Of a DNA stretch of 64,000 bases, positions 41,691 through 52,877 are shown in pieces. Under the pieces are notes generated by a model, which worked only from the letters and a program-made list of their open reading frames with translations, did not search any database and was not told the origin of the DNA. This stretch comes from Paramecium tetraurelia (Eukaryota), in the NCBI GenBank assembly GCA_000165425.1, contig CT868407.1, forward strand, positions 261,204 to 325,203. The letters are read 5' to 3'. Positions within the stretch are counted from its first letter, which is position 1. Each line of letters starts with the position of its first letter. The position numbers were made by a program, and so were the translations under genes.

Positions 41691-42540
41691 ATGAAAATAA
41701 TTATTACACTTTGTGCATTGTTTTGTTGCATGAGATTTCTCACATTGAACTATTATATAATTTTTAAATTACTTGTCAAACAACTTGAACAAGCATAAGC
41801 AATAGGATTTGTGACTTTATTACAACAAGAGCAAAATGATTTATATTACAACTCACTCAATTTGGCCTAATAGAATCCATAAATATCTCCCGGATTGAAG
41901 GATGATAACTAGTTCTATTCATCTATATACCAAAAGTTCCGCTAAAATCTTATTGAAATTTTTATCCTATTTCACTACATGGACAATTCCAGCTGTCAAT
42001 TGCACTCCCAATTTCAATCCTTCATTCCCCAACACATCCTATTTAAGTTCACTTTGAGCCTAGATGTCAATTTGCAATAAATCCAACCGAATTTTCTCTT
42101 TGCTAGCATGAGTGCACAATTTCAAGTATTTATTGTAGGATTCCTACCCTAATTGGAAAAATTGTGAAGTAATGAACGTGATTTTAGAATCCTTACATGT
42201 CTATCGGTCCTTATTAACCCGACACATTATTTAACTTAAGCATTTTATTATTTTTGATTCCCACACATCATCCACTCCCTTCTTCTAAACGATATCATAC
42301 AAAGTCTTCAAGACCTATTGAAATTCAGAATTGTATTCAAAGCCTGAATTCTCCCCACTTCTGTATAGTTAATAGATGTCATAAGTGTCTATCGCGTAGA
42401 TTGTAAATAAATTATGGAAATCAGTACACAACTACAATCCCAAACTAGTCTTAATACACTATAGAATTGCTACGAAATTCTCCTTCAAAGCCTTCAAGAA
42501 CTTAGAGTTTATGTCCAATATTAAATAGAGTTGATGATTT
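41691..42540 (+). pseudogene. Putative secreted-protein gene, truncated or pseudogenised by an in-frame TGA
   Basis: Signal-like start MKIIITLCALFCC. After a 24-nt intron the frame hits TGA at 42255-42257 but continues with protein-like sequence (FPHIIHSLLLNDIIQSLQDLLKFRI..). Confidence 0.4.
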
Positions 42541-42566
42541 TACATTAATTAATTAAGATAAATCGA

Positions 42567-43470
42567 ATGCAACAAATTCAAGCATTACCTCCCCAGTTTT
42601 TCTAAACCTTAAAAATCTAAACTATCCTGGGTTAAGGCCATGATGCTAAAGTTCTTCTAGCACTAGAAACCAAAGACACCGGAAACCAATATTACGCCTT
42701 GAAGTGCCAAGCCCAAAAAATATAAGACACCGCCATAAACTTATTCGTATTACTTCCAATAACTTGAAGTTACTAAGAATGAAATACAAATTCTCATCCA
42801 CATCAAGCATCCGCATATAATTGAACTATTCGGTTACAGCCAAGATTACACATGTCTGGTCCTTCAATATTGTCCGCATGGCACCTTAATTTAATTGATC
42901 AAATCCTCTCCACTTCCAGTTAGCATTGCATCCTCCCTTCTATACTAAGTAACTCTGGCTCTAAATTACATGCATGAATAAGGATTTACCCATGGGGATC
43001 TTAAATTATCGAATATTCTCATAGACAGTTAATACAACCTTAAATTATGTGATTTTGGTTTTGCAAGGTGGAATGGCAAAATGGCAATTGAAAAATAAAC
43101 TATTGCCGGCAGCGAAGGATACACTGCGCCAGAAGTATGGAAACCAAATCCTAATTATATGAAGACTGACATGTTTTCAGTTGCTGTTATATTTTTCATT
43201 TTAATCACTGGACACCCACCATTCGAATCCAATAATCCAGACAATCATGATCCATGGTGGAATTTAATTAAAAATAATTAATGGGACACTTATTGGAAGG
43301 ATATCAAAACCAACATAGATCAAGAATGCAAAAATTTGTTTGTTTAAATGTTCAGTACCCAACCAGATGAAAGATTAAGCGCAAATCATTTAAACTAATG
43401 GTTTAAATTAAAATAAACTACTCAAGAGAATTTGATTCAAGAAATCAAAAAAAGGTTAGCTGAGATGTGA
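42567..43470 (+). CDS. Ser/Thr protein kinase (CAMK-like, non-RD)
   Basis: LGQGHDAKV, YALK, NEI..IKHPHII, HGDLKLSNIL, LCDFGFA, GSEGYTAPE, DMFSVAVIFF, GHPPF. One 31-nt intron. Confidence 0.92.
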
Positions 43471-43906
43471 TATATAATCAATGATCTATTATTTAAATCA
43501 GTTGCCTTTTAAATACTCAAATCAACTATTCTAACTCATTTATTCCTATTATAGTTTATCACTACAATTTCTATTTCTTTTTCTTCAATTTACTCAATTT
43601 TAATACAATCATTTCATTAAGAGAATCTAATACCCATCTATATTTTGGATTACACGCCGTCTAATATTGAAATTAGATGTAATCTAAACTTTTTTGGTTT
43701 TGAAAAATTATATATATAATATATAAAAAATAAATTAAAAGTAAAAAAATTATTCTTCCATATTTTACTATCCATTTTCTTCAAATTTTTATAATTTATT
43801 ATATGAGAATCAAAAATTTTATTCTTAATACTATTATTTTAATAGAATTCAAAGTTTTTACAAATTTGTTAGAATCATATCATTTTTACAAGTAAAATAA
43901 ATATTT

Positions 43907-46273
43907 TCAACTTAATCTTTTTTCCAAGTCTTTGTAATCTTTAAATCTTAAGGTGGACTGTGTTAATCTTTCAGTTTATTAAATATGTGTTCTATTTCCT
44001 TTTACATAAATACTCTACTAAAAAAAAGTGAGTTTCTAGGGTTGTAATGAAGGCATTGGACTTTATAAGGAACCTTGATTATCCAATGGCTTCGGTTCTG
44101 TTGTTTATTTCCTTCTAGTCGTTGCTCTTGATGTTGGTAAGCATTCATTATTGATTTTATGAAAAAGTCTGAAGATTTTGCTTGACCATTAAATTTTCAA
44201 TTGTTATTCTAATGGTTTCTTCATTATTTCTTATTTAACATAATTTTCGAATAACTGTAATTAAGTTGCAATTCTATTATATTTAATATTTTCATTGAAG
44301 AATTCTTCATCAAAGAGGGCTTTTATCTAAGATATTATTTATGAAATAAAAAAGGAAAATTCTTCAATTGAATCAAGTTTTCTATTGATTTGTTTCTTTA
44401 AAATATGTTGGTCAAATAGCCATTCAATAGATGATTATATTTCATTAAGGTCATATAACAGAATGTGTTATTAAGAATAAGCTTGGATCTACTATTTTAA
44501 TAACTTTCCTTAAATTATTTATGAAATTTACAACATGATTTACTTGCTTTACATATTAAGCTATTCAATGAATGCTTACCTTCTATCAATCATATGCTTT
44601 GATATTATGCAAATATACGTTTCAAATAAAAGATTACTTACAATTTCATTTTAGGCTTAGTGCAAAACTTAATTAATTGTCTTATTGATAGCTGATGCCA
44701 ACTATTAAAATGGATAAAGGAGTATATGTTATTCCGAAAAATTAGTTTTTGATAAGAAGTTTGATAAAGATTACAGTAATATGATACTATTATTTTAGAT
44801 GTATTTTAACATCAACAAAGTTTAACCATAAATCTTAGAGGTAACATCATCGCTTGCTTTGAAAACGTTAACAGATGTTTAGAGTGAGTCAAAATCACTT
44901 GAATTTCTATTGTCATCTAATATTTAATGAATTATATTGTCTAATTAATTTAAATATACACTTGTCATTTAATTTAAATGGTGAATATTTTGATGAAGTC
45001 TTACAAGCTATTCTTAAGTAAAAATGTCAGACAGTATTTTTAGATCTTATTTACATTTTAATTTAAGATCCTTGCTACATATGTCCTCAGTAAGTTAAAT
45101 TTATTTAGTGTTCACAATTTACTCAAATATATTAATACATATTCTAGTCTTGAGTAATTTTATAATCTGTTGTAAATTCTATAAATTAATATGGTCATTA
45201 TAATTCTCGAGCACTTCTTCTATGTTATTAACTAGAAAATTTGTTTAAATGGATATATATATGTTTTCTATTAATTTCATGGTGAAAGAGTCATAAAATG
45301 TTGCAGAAAATTTAGTTTTATATTTTTATAATAATGACAATTATCTTTATGACATTGTATCGTTCCCCCTTTTATCAATGGAAGAAAGATGTTAAGTTAT
45401 TTTACTTTTAATAGATATTTCTTCATTAACTTTATTGTCATTTGATATAGATTAAGCAATTTTTCCAGGCTTTAGCAATGTGAGGGTAGATTGACGGTGA
45501 TTAGGAAGTTTTTTATTAATTGTTAGAGTGGGCTAAACTTCAGTTTTCTACTTTAACATTTACTATTATTAATCCTTTTAGATGAATAATAAACAAAATT
45601 AACGCTTAATTTCTTATTTGTAGGCATCTTTGATGGGATAGTTTAACAATTAAGCAATTTCATTTTTTTCTGCTAATCTTGATTTTACAATATCATGATA
45701 TTTTTATATTTAAGAAAGTTCTTACTAAATCTTTTCTAACAAATGGTAACACTGCAATCTACTCAATTCACTATCAATTGAACTTGCATAGACCTAAACT
45801 TTAAATTTGTTAATTAATTATTGGATGGATTTGTAAGTTACAACAAGTTTATTGCATTATAAAAACATCATTTTCAATTTTCTAGGGTCAATCTGTTCTT
45901 TAATTGTTTCCAAATCTTTGTCATAATTTTAATAATGCTACAATTATTAATAATGCAGCTTTGAGCTGTCTTGATTCTAAATAAAATCTTTAAGTGGTTA
46001 GACAAAAAGTTTTAGGCAAAATAATTCTAGATCGCACTTGTCTATAACTATAAAAGAACCCATTTCTATTAGTTACTCGGATAAAATATGCATTAACACT
46101 TTTTCTAATAATTATGAGAGATTTGATTAAATGAGTTGAGATTAAGAAAAGTTAGTGTAACTTCTTCTATTACAAGTAATAAGTTGATTAGTAAATAGAT
46201 TTTATGGTTTAATACTTTCTTCGTCCAGAAAATTTTGTTATTATTAATCTTAAGTATTGATCTCATTATCCAT
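43907..46273 (-). CDS. Large hypothetical protein
   Basis: MDNEINTQDQQQQNFLDEE.. long frame in the ciliate code with short introns, ending DLEKRLS-TGA. No recognised motif. Confidence 0.6.
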
Positions 46274-46931
46274 CAAATATATTAATAAATTTTATAATTA
46301 TTAAAAAAAACTCATGAAATATGCAACAATTATTTATAAATACACAACAAAATTAAAGAATATCAAATCAGTATTTTTGTTTGCTTTCAAGTACCAAAGT
46401 TTTCATTTTAGATTCTGAGGTTAATGTGTAAATCCATAGTTATTACATTTTCAAAAACAAATATTCAAACTATTAGTTACATTAGAATTGAGAATTTTGA
46501 TTTCCTAGAAATCAAGATATCATATTTCAATATTTTTATGCAAAAATTTAAGAGATATAAATTCATTTGTGGATTTTTTAAATAATGTGTTATATCTATT
46601 GTGATTTATTGAGTCAATAGTTTATTGGTAAATTAAAGGGAGATATTTTCTTTTATTATTGTATTAAATTTAATTTAAACTTTAGTTTATGAATAAGATC
46701 CTCAGAAAGTATAACTAATCAATATGTTTCAGTCAATTATAAAATTTAGGATGATTGATTAATAACTCTATTGATTAGAGATGTAAGAATAGCCAAATAT
46801 ACTATTATCTTATTTCCAAGAGTATCGATCAATGAAGCGATCATATTTATAAAAAATCTATAATTATATCATCCAAAATTTGAGTTAATTATCTTAAAAC
46901 TTTAGAAATAAAATATATTTAATACCCTATT

Positions 46932-47381
46932 ATGAACCCTCTATATATTACTTAAGATGAGCTTCATGAAATGTTCTAATCCCCAAATCATACAAAGCGA
47001 AGCGCAGATTCTGTAGTTACACTCGAACCGTAAACAGTAAAGTTTTAATAAACATTTTCCAACATTCAAACAAATATTGAAACAATAGATCAATTGAAAA
47101 AAGAGATGGCAGCCAAAGATAAACTGATAAATGAATTGAATTCAAGGACTTCTTAATAAATTGAATTACTTCTCTATCAATAGGAAAAACTAATACAAGA
47201 AAATCTCAATCTCAAAAAAGAGCTCAACAATTCAAAAGCTCAACAGAAACACTAATAGCAAAAACTAGAACTATATTTAACTGAAACAAAGACGCTTCAA
47301 CAACTTCGACTGTAAGAGCGAACAAGATATTAAAGGGATATTAGAATTATCGAACAATTCAATTAATCACTTACTAAGTGA
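46932..47381 (+). CDS. Coiled-coil protein (149 aa)
   Basis: Intronless 450-nt ORF with heptads such as IDQLKKEMAAKDKLINELNS and LIQENLNLKKELNN. Confidence 0.75.
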
Positions 47382-47500
47382 ATAATAACATATTATATTT
47401 ATATTAAAATTAATTTTCGAATTAAATTGAAGAATTTCATAGAAGAATATATAATAATCAAACTTTATTTATGATAATTGAAAAGTGATGAAATGAAAAG

Positions 47501-48004
47501 TCAATTTATTTTTTCGAGTGGAGTGCCCTTGTCTCTATTTCTGAATTGAAAGCTTATGTGTTTTAAAGGAGTTTTCAAAAGAGGGGCTCTAAATTATTTT
47601 TTTAAAGCAGGTTAAGATTATGCTTCTTCTTTAAATTCTTCTTATTTAAGACCAGGCATATATATTAGACAAGGTGTTGTTCTGAGGAGTAACCCTTCAC
47701 TTTTTCTTTTTTAAGAGAAATTATGATTTCCATGATTAATATTTGGCATACTAGATCTAAATGATTGTTTTGAACTAATTTATCTGCTCATATCGACAGA
47801 ACTAAATTTATTTATTATTTACCTTAGAGTCGATCGTTATTAATTGAATAGAAAAGGTTCATTTTATGGTTCCAGTTGCTATAATTCTGTTTAGAATCTT
47901 GCACTTAGTGTCATAGATTATAGGTTTTTACATAATCTCGTATTTAAACTACTGCTTTCATTGGTGCTTGGTCTAACAGAATGTTTTGCACTACTGATCA
48001 ACAT
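47501..48004 (-). CDS. Hypothetical protein (167 aa, S/K-rich)
   Basis: Intronless 504-nt ORF, MLISSAKHSVRPST..GTPLEKIN-TGA. Confidence 0.65.
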
Positions 48005-48279
48005 AAAATAATTATTAAAATATAAACTATAATAATCCCATACTAATTTAATCGAATTACATCCTCTGATATCCATACATATTGTTAGAGTAAACAAATT
48101 CATTTATGATATTTGTATAAATATAAAGACAACAATTGATTATTTATATCTTTTTGGCATCTTGGTTTTGAGCGAAATAAAGTACATAAATATGCTATGG
48201 GCCTCGAAGATTAAATTAGAGTAAGTGATTTAATGAATTTGATCGTTGAAAATGATTTGTTTTTAATTAAATAAATAAA

Positions 48280-49582
48280 ATGAATAGCACAATGAGTTCG
48301 GAAGATTTAGATAACGATATACGAATATAATAAGTCTAATAAACTGCACCCGATGCTGTGCAATTTTACATTACTGAGGAGTATGAGAATAGCATTATTC
48401 TTATTAGGCCTTTCAATAATGATCCATATGATATTATATAATAAAAGGTAGCTGCATTTCAACCGATTCAGTCGAAAGATGACTCAAGATGTGATTAGGC
48501 ATCAAAGGATGGTGGCAAGAAATTCGAGGATAAGAAACAAATTAAGTGTATGAGGTCTGTAGGGACATATGTGATTTAGCAAATTGGACGTAAAATATTA
48601 TCAGGAGACATGAATCTCACGAAGATTAGTTTCCCCATCAAGGCGATGATTGCGAAATCGGCTTTGGAGAAAAATTTGTAATCTACGATATTCTTCCCTT
48701 TGTATATCAACAGAGCCGTTCAGACTTTGGATTTTATGGAGTAATTGAAATTGGTCATAACTGCTACAATAGCTACATTCCACATAAATTTGAGTTTTCA
48801 CAAACCCTTGAATCCTATCTTGGGGGAAACAGTTGAGGGTTTCCTATCTGATGGAACAAAGTTATACGCAGAGTAAATTAGTCATCATCCTCCTGTAAGC
48901 TAATTTTATGGGGTTGGCAGAGATAATTCATATAAATATTTTGGGTATTGCCTTTGTATATGATAAGAAATTATTGGTACGAAGCCTCTGCAGGACTAAA
49001 TTCGATAACTCTAAAAAACAAGGGGAAAAGAACTATAATATTTAATGGAGGCCAAAGAATTGATTATAATTTTGCATATGAACTTTATAGTGGAACTATC
49101 ATGGGTTCAATGAAAGTTGAAGTATAGCAATTAATAATCTGTTAAGACTCTTGGGGTTGCGACCTATCAGACAAATAAAGGAATGACTGCAACTTTAAAA
49201 TTCGGAAAAGTCAAGAGAAAGGCTACTGATTATTTTGAAGGCACAATTAATATGGGACAATAAGAATTGTGTAAAATATTTGGTACTTACATGGGATACA
49301 TAGAGTTTGATGGAGTGCGTTATTGGGATCACAGACATATGGTACAATTGAATCAATTACATTTAGTAACCACATTAAGTAACAATTAAACCTCCATTTT
49401 TGCCATCTGATGCTCAATTGAGAGGGGACTATACTAATTTAGCCTCTTTAGATATAGATAGGGCACAAATAGAAAAGGAGAATCTGGAGAATTTATAAAG
49501 ACATGATGCTAAATTAAGAACAAAATTTAAAGAGATCAGAAGAAAAAAAGAAGAGAAAAAAAAATTACAAGATCATGATTGA
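48280..49582 (+). CDS. Oxysterol-binding protein (OSBP/ORP, ORD domain only)
   Basis: MNLTKISFPI, KPLNPILGET, signature AEQISHHPPVS, LPSDAQLRGD, AQIEKENLENLQRHD. Several short introns. Confidence 0.93.
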
Positions 49583-49600
49583 TAAATTACTATTCATAAA

Positions 49601-52600
49601 TCATAAAAAGGTCTTAATTTATTGGTCTTTTAAATTACCAAAATCATTAGATCGCATCATAGAATCTTTATCTTCAAGCTCACTTTAATGGGAATCAATC
49701 AAGCTCTAAGTTTTTTACTCAAATTCTTCAGTTATGTCTGGTATAACAGGCATATTTATTTTTACGGTTTCCCAAAATTTTATAGTTTAATTTAATATGG
49801 CAGGTTGCTATCTGAATTGTTCTTTTCTTTCCTATTGCAATTCATGTTCCTGCAATTTGTAAAAGTTTAAATTTGCCTCTTACTAAATTTTAAGGAATTT
49901 TTTTTCGTAATTTACACCCTCTAATAAAAACTAATTCGGCCTGAATTCAGTAATGTTGTTCTAGGATTCGTTGTCTTCTTTTTTATGGTTCTTCAAATTG
50001 AAACATAAAAACTTAGATATCACAGTAAAAATAATGCTTCCAAGTGAACTTATGGCAAAATAACTCAAAAAAAATAATAACACATATCCACAAAAATCGT
50101 AATAAGCTTCAACCATGAAACAAATAAATAGGAAAACGATATTATATGAGATCCAAAGAGCAAAAGATTGGACTTTATTATAATAAAACTCTTTAATCTT
50201 CTCATTTTCAATATTGTTATCAGTATTTATCCTCTCATAAAATTTCATCCCAAAATTTACTATCAAATAGTAAAAGATATAACTGAGGTAACCTCTGACA
50301 AACACTGGAATGTGTGACAAATGTAGCAGTATCTTTATTGTTTTTTCTAAAATTACCATCAAGATGCAAATACAGATTATCCATCTATATAATTAGTCAG
50401 TATGAAAGCAGTAATTGAAAATTATGTTTAAAGTAAATATTGCAATAAGGGTCAAGTTAAAGATTGCAATCAAATGATAGAATGTTTTATATTATTCAGC
50501 AGCTTCTCCAATCGTATTTTAATAGTTAAAGCAAATATCTTTACAATCCTTTATTTTTGAAAAGTATTCAACTACTCCATTTTAATTTTTATTTTCACCT
50601 TACTACCTCCTTATTTTAGATAAATTAATAATCTCTTGAAGTATGGTATTTGTGTCAAGTTAGTTAGCTAAATAGATTTATTTTCCATAATAAAGGTATA
50701 AACTCATAACTTAATTATTAGGTGAGGATCCTACGAATTAGACATTCCTGGGATCCAATTATTTATTGCTTTTTTTTATCGTCGAATTTTCAAAGCAGTA
50801 GGAACAAGAATTTGTAAGGGGACTGTAAGATAAATAGAATACTAAATCACCGCTAACTATAATTGGTTCTTCCATTCCTTTTGCCCTTGCTATTTTGTAT
50901 TGACTTCTGAATAGAATTGCAAAAATTAAAAATGTAACTACACTAAATATAAATAATGCTGGGATTGACAATTACAATATATAAAAGTAGTAGTATCCGA
51001 ATGCATTTCCAAAAAAGTCGTAAGAACTTTAAGCAAAAATGAATATAATCGCACTTATACCAAAGTAATTATTCAAACTAGAATGGATATGCATTGTCTT
51101 TAAGGCAATTTATTAGATTAATCTGATAAAAAGATTGATTTTCCAAGTGGAACTTAAAGTTGAATAAGTCTCTAAAAATTAATTATGCGTAGATGCTTTA
51201 GAATTCTTTCTTTTTCTCTATTAGTTCATAATTTTTGATAGTGAATCATTGCAGGAAGCTTATGCTACTATTTTATCTGATCTACCAAATAATAATCCTT
51301 ATTCTGCAGCCAAACTTGGTAATATGTAATTCTCACCTTACACAATTATGTTTTAAACATAATCGCACTCTGACTTAATTATTTTTTATAAATATAGGTC
51401 AATAAATTATTTAATTTTCTACCAGTCATAAAAGCAGAAAAAAGGATTATGATCCAGAACAACAGAGAATAAATTATTCGTTGATATATTCTCAAGGTGA
51501 TCTAATGTTTGCTCTAACAATAGTGCATTAATTGGATTTAATGGATTCCATGAACGAAGGTTATTTTGTAAGATACTACATGTAATTGCACATAGATTCT
51601 TTTATTTGATAGACTTAAGTTATGTATTAATAGAGTGATCTGATTAGATTAAGGAGCATTAAGTTACATAAAAGAAATCAGGGTCAAAATGTTTACCTAT
51701 TCCGTTGTATAACCACCTTTGAATATCATAATTAGATGATTTAAAGTATTTTATAACGAAAATTACCTCATGTTGTAAATTATTTTCACTAAATTAATAT
51801 TATAGCACAAGAGCATTATTGACTGAATATTGATTTTTATCTATTTCAATAGTTATCAGAGTTTATTTCTCATGCTTCAGTAACAATTTTTATCTTAATG
51901 TTCTTTCTAATGAGTCAAGCCCATTACAAAGTATAACCAAATCTATATCCTAATTTCTAAATGATCGAATAAAATCTTCTATTTAAGATAAATTCTCATT
52001 TTCATAGACACCACAAACCAATGTTTTTTTAGACTTACTTTCATAGAAATTTTATACCTTTTAAATTATGAATAAATTATTACTTAGAGAAGACCTTAAT
52101 TTTAATCTCTTAAAGTACCTATTTGACTTAATTAAGCTATATTTTGAGTTCCTTAAAAAACTCTGCTCTGTTATTGATATTCTTAATTTTAGATTTGTTA
52201 AGTTTAAAACTTTAAATAGTTTTCTTATTTTCTCTTTTTATTTGAAGTTTTTAAAAATTAAGTACCCAAAAATATTTTACATGTGGCTTCATACCTTTCC
52301 AAGAAGTTTTCTTAATTATTTTAATTGTATTCTTGTTCTAATTAAACCTTAAAATCCTGAATATCGCTGGCTAAATGTTTAAGATTTCTGTTATTTATAA
52401 ATTCAAATAAAAATTTATCATCTTTCGTTATTGGTCTTTAATATGCCTGAAATTATGTTGAATTATTACGCTTAATGCTAGTTCATGGCTTTCACATTGA
52501 ACAATTACTTTAAAAGGCTATAACAATAATAAATGGTTATCATACTATTTTCTCTTAATCGTAAAGTTGAATCGTTAATGGATCAATTATGGGAGAGCTT

Positions 52601-52617
52601 AGTAATTTAAGTTCCAT
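49601..52617 (-). CDS. Chitin-synthase-like (GT2) multi-pass membrane protein with degenerate catalytic motifs
   Basis: Motifs occur in chitin synthase order: LVCGVYENEN, LVILCNGLD, VIFVIKYFKSSNYDIQRWLYNGIGKHFDPDF, CAITCSI..WNPL, FCFYDW, GENYIL, SLSKIMNQQRKRKNS, followed by about 7 TM helices. The 5' exon structure (4 introns) is inferred. Confidence 0.7.
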
Positions 52618-52877
52618 AAATATATTGTAATTTATATTTGATTGCTTCATACAAATTATATTTAGATATTAAATAAAAGCTCTTTATTCTATTTGATATT
52701 TGAAAATAAATATTATAAAGCAAAAATTGACGCATTAAATAATTTAATAGGGAATCTATAATCTTTAGAAACTTTTTTCAAGCATAAATCAACAATGAAA
52801 AAAAAAACAATAAGTATTCAAAGTTATGAGTATGAATAAATTTCTTATAAATCTAAGTATTATATTTAATTTAATAT

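Noticed and set aside
42255..42257. In-frame TGA as selenocysteine or read-through (also 57643-57645)
   Set aside because: There is no redox motif context and I recognised no SECIS-like hairpin. A nonsense mutation or true stop is simpler.
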